From Candidatus Moraniibacteriota bacterium (GTDB taxonomy: Bacteria; Patescibacteriota; Minisyncoccia; Moranbacterales; GCA-2747515), in the NCBI GenBank assembly GCA_023133275.1, contig JAGLWU010000002.1:2440-66439 (forward strand): 64,000 nt of DNA, in the 5' to 3' direction. The translations under genes and the position numbers were made by a program. The notes below the pieces were generated by a model. It was given only the letters and a program-made list of their open reading frames with translations. It searched no databases and was not told the DNA's origin. Positions within the stretch are counted from its first letter, which is position 1, and each line of letters begins with the position of its first letter. Of this stretch, positions 61,323-64,000 are shown one piece after another.

Positions 61323-63392
61323 ATGGGAATACATAAAATAAAAAAACGTAATGGCAATGTAGTAGATTTCGATATCTCAAAAATAGAAAGTGCGATCGAA
61401 AAAGCCTTTTTAGCGACAGGAATAAAAGACGATTCAAGTAAAATTTGTGAAAAAGTTTATGCAGAATTAAAAGAAAAATATAAAGATAGCGTTCCTACCG
61501 TTGAAGAAATCCAAGATGCTGTAGAAGATATTCTAATTAAAGAGGATTATGTTGAAACTGCTAAGTCATACATTCTTTACCGTCAAAAAAGAATCGAGGA
61601 TCGAGCGGATGAAAATGTGATGGTGGATGTAGAAAAAACCATGGGAGAATACCTCGATCGATTGGACTGGCGAGTTGATGCTAATTCAAATCAAGGATAT
61701 TCATTGGGAGGTATGATTCTTAACACTTCTGGAAAAGTTACTGCTAATTATTGGTTATCTCACATTTATCCAAAATCTGTGGGCGAAGCTCATCGTAATG
61801 CTGACATTTACATTCATGATTTAGATTTTTTTGCTGGATATTGTGCAGGATGGAGTTTACGAGCTTTATTAGAAGAAGGCTTTAACGGTGTGAACAATAA
61901 AATTGAATCTAAACCGCCAGAGCATCTTTCTAGTGCAGTTTCTCAAATGGTTAATTTTTTAGGAACTTTGCAAAATGAGTGGGCTGGAGCACAAGCCTTT
62001 TCTAGTTTTGACACATATTTAGCACCTTTTGTCAAGAAGCGAGAACTGGAAATTAGAGATGATATTGAAAATTTTGAAATAGAATTTGAATCAGAAGAGA
62101 AAAAAGAAAAATATATTGCTAAAATTCTTGAAAAATACGTTTATCAAAGTGTTCAGTCATTTGTTTTTAATTTGAATATTCCATCAAGGTGGGGGAATCA
62201 AACTCCTTTTACTAATATTACTTTGGACTGGACTTGCCCTGAAGATTTGAAAGAAAAAAGATTATTATTAGGTGGAAAGCCATTTAAGTATACTTTCGGT
62301 GAGTTAAAAAAAGAAATGGATATTGTTAATAAAGCTTTTATTAAAGTGATGACGAATGGAGATGCCAAAGGACGAACTTTTACTTTTCCAATTCCAACTT
62401 ATAATATTACTAAAGATTTTGATTGGGATGATCAAAAAGTTTTACCACTTTTTGAAATGACTGCTAAATATGGAACTCCTTATTTCCAAAATTTCATTAA
62501 TTCTGATTTAAATCCAAGTGATGTGCGGTCAATGTGTTGCCGTTTACAGTTAGATTTAAAAGAATTGCGAAAAAGAGGTGGAGGATTATTCGGTTCAGCG
62601 GAAATGACAGGTTCAGTCGGGGTTGTTGATGTTAATATAGCTAGAATTGGTTACACTTTTGCTGGAGACAAAGAAGGTTTTTTTGCTAGAATTAAAGAAT
62701 TAATGGAATTAGGGAAAACATCTTTAGAAATTAAAAGAAAAGTTATTCAAAAATGGATGGATCGTGGTTTATTTCCCTACACAAAACGTTATTTAGGAAA
62801 ATTGGACAGTCATTTTTCAACCATTGGAGTGAACGGAATTAATGAGGCAATTCGAAACTTTACTAAAGATAAAGAAAATATTACTACAGAATATGGTCAA
62901 GAATTTGCTAAAGAAGTCCTTGATTTTACTAGAAATATTTTGTCTGAATTTCAAGAAGAGACTGGTAATATGTATAATTTGGAAGCTAGCCCGGGAGAGG
63001 GTGCAACTTATCGTTTTGCTAAAGAAGATCAAAAAAAGTTTAAAGATAGTATTCAAGCGGGAACTGAAGATGCACCTTATTACACTAATTCTTCGCAAAT
63101 TCCTGTTGGTTATACGGATGATGTGTTTGAAGCTTTGGATTTACAGGATGAATTGCAGACGAAATACACTGGTGGAACAGTTTTTCATGCTTATATGAGT
63201 GAAAAGATTAGTTCAGGTGAATCCTGTCGTGATTTAGTGAAAAAGATTTTGACTAATTATCATCTCCCGTATCTTACAATTACTCCAACTTTTTCTATTT
63301 GCCCCAAGCATGGTTATTTAAAAGGAGAGCATGAATTTTGTCCAAAGTGTGATGAGGAATTGGGTATTATGGATGGTGAAATAGTTGATTAA
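61323..63392 (+). CDS. nrdD: Class III anaerobic ribonucleoside-triphosphate reductase with ATP cone, lacking the glycyl-radical tail
   Basis: ATP cone IKKRNG..FDISKI, HDLD..YCAG, SMCCRL, GGTVFH, CPKHG..CPKC then stop. Confidence 0.93.
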   Translation: MGIHKIKKRNGNVVDFDISKIESAIEKAFLATGIKDDSSKICEKVYAELKEKYKDSVPTVEEIQDAVEDILIKEDYVETAKSYILYRQKRIEDRADENVMVDVEKTMGEYLDRLDWRVDANSNQGYSLGGMILNTSGKVTANYWLSHIYPKSVGEAHRNADIYIHDLDFFAGYCAGWSLRALLEEGFNGVNNKIESKPPEHLSSAVSQMVNFLGTLQNEWAGAQAFSSFDTYLAPFVKKRELEIRDDIENFEIEFESEEKKEKYIAKILEKYVYQSVQSFVFNLNIPSRWGNQTPFTNITLDWTCPEDLKEKRLLLGGKPFKYTFGELKKEMDIVNKAFIKVMTNGDAKGRTFTFPIPTYNITKDFDWDDQKVLPLFEMTAKYGTPYFQNFINSDLNPSDVRSMCCRLQLDLKELRKRGGGLFGSAEMTGSVGVVDVNIARIGYTFAGDKEGFFARIKELMELGKTSLEIKRKVIQKWMDRGLFPYTKRYLGKLDSHFSTIGVNGINEAIRNFTKDKENITTEYGQEFAKEVLDFTRNILSEFQEETGNMYNLEASPGEGATYRFAKEDQKKFKDSIQAGTEDAPYYTNSSQIPVGYTDDVFEALDLQDELQTKYTGGTVFHAYMSEKISSGESCRDLVKKILTNYHLPYLTITPTFSICPKHGYLKGEHEFCPKCDEELGIMDGEIVD

Positions 63393-63473
63393 AAAATAGT
63401 GAAAAAACATAAAAGTACGGAAGCACATCGTTAAAAAATTTAAAAAATAATTTATAATTAATATAAAAATAAT

Positions 63474-63641
63474 ATGCAAAATGCAAAGCGAACTCGTTGT
63501 GAGGTTTGGACAAGAGTGATGGGATATTTTCGTCCAGTTTCATTCTTTAATATTGGGAAGAAATCTGAACATAGAGGTAGAAAACATTTTGAGGAATGTG
63601 TTTGTGCTAACAAGGATTTTAGTGAGAAGTATTCTGATTAA
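63474..63641 (+). CDS. Stand-alone NrdD glycyl-radical domain (55 aa, not in the ORF track)
   Basis: MQNAKRTRCEVWTRVMGYFRPVSFFNIGKKSEHRGRKHF...; RVxGY motif. Confidence 0.9.
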   Translation: MQNAKRTRCEVWTRVMGYFRPVSFFNIGKKSEHRGRKHFEECVCANKDFSEKYSD

Positions 63642-63655
63642 ATAAAAGATGGTTA

Positions 63656-63685
63656 AAAAAACCCCGCTAAATAGCGGGGTTTTTT
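63656..63685 (+). terminator. Intrinsic (bidirectional) terminator
   Basis: aaaaaaccccgcta a tagcggggtttttt-type hairpin with A and T tracts. Confidence 0.85.
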
Positions 63686-63872
63686 AATTTTAGATTTCAA
63701 AAAATAATTATTTCTGAGACAATACATTAACCTTACCGTTCTCATCATTTTATTTGAAAACAGAATATTTCAATGAAAAGTTATTTTACAGTCTATTCGC
63801 TATCCAAACAATTAAAAAATAAATTATTGAATATTAGAATTTTCTATTATTAAACAAAATTAAAAAAACGCA

Positions 63873-64000
63873 TTATTTGCGTTCTCTTAATCCAAACTTT
63901 TTCAATATTTTTTTGTAAGTCTTTGGTTCATTATCTGCCAAATAATCCAAAAGCTTCTTTCGTTTAGACACCATTTTCAACAAACCTCGTCGAGAATGAA
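63873..64000 (-). CDS. rpsO: 30S ribosomal protein S15, 3' part (partial)
   Basis: HSRRGLLKMVSKRKKLLDYL...YKKILKKFGLR. Confidence 0.93.
   Translation of the reverse strand, partial: HSRRGLLKMVSKRKKLLDYLADNEPKTYKKILKKFGLRERK

Noticed and set aside
1839-63198. Other short ORFs overlapping rpoD, dnaG, pyrG, fusA, rpsA, ftsH, nrdD and others
   Set aside because: Antisense or alternative-frame shadows of well-supported genes, with no motifs

Overview
Very AT-rich bacterial chromosome segment read in the standard genetic code. The gene set (a short RpoD, PrgI/VirB4 cluster, DKNYY proteins, archaeal-type Cmk, a TrmB remnant) suggests a Patescibacteria/CPR (Parcubacteria-like) genome; this is an inference. 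The core backbone is rpoD-dnaG, pyrG, rplI, mreC-mreD-pbp2, rpsL-rpsG-fusA, yidC-jag, surface-glycan genes, a PrgI-VirB4 secretion-like cluster, rpsA-cmk-tilS-ftsH, a split class III RNR (nrdD) and rpsO, plus four tRNAs (Asn, Gly, Pro, Val). Accessory genes interrupt this backbone at many points: a decayed serine-recombinase island at tRNA-Asn, RhuM/Fic genes, an amber-interrupted RAYT with dispersed GTAG-REPs, and a defence island at tRNA-Val in which a type I CBASS (CdnE-like + Cap15) and a Fic gene sit between an EcoRI-family methyltransferase and a DUF262-HNH nuclease. Notable non-coding signals: a mirror-symmetric G/T versus A/C synonymous-codon skew bracketing most accessory insertion sites, two sigma70 promoters with trinucleotide-microsatellite spacers (possible phase variation), 8-bp periodic TAGA arrays at gene ends, a four-copy parS cluster, and a candidate five-hairpin ncRNA. 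All calls come from reading the sequence by eye; no searches were run.
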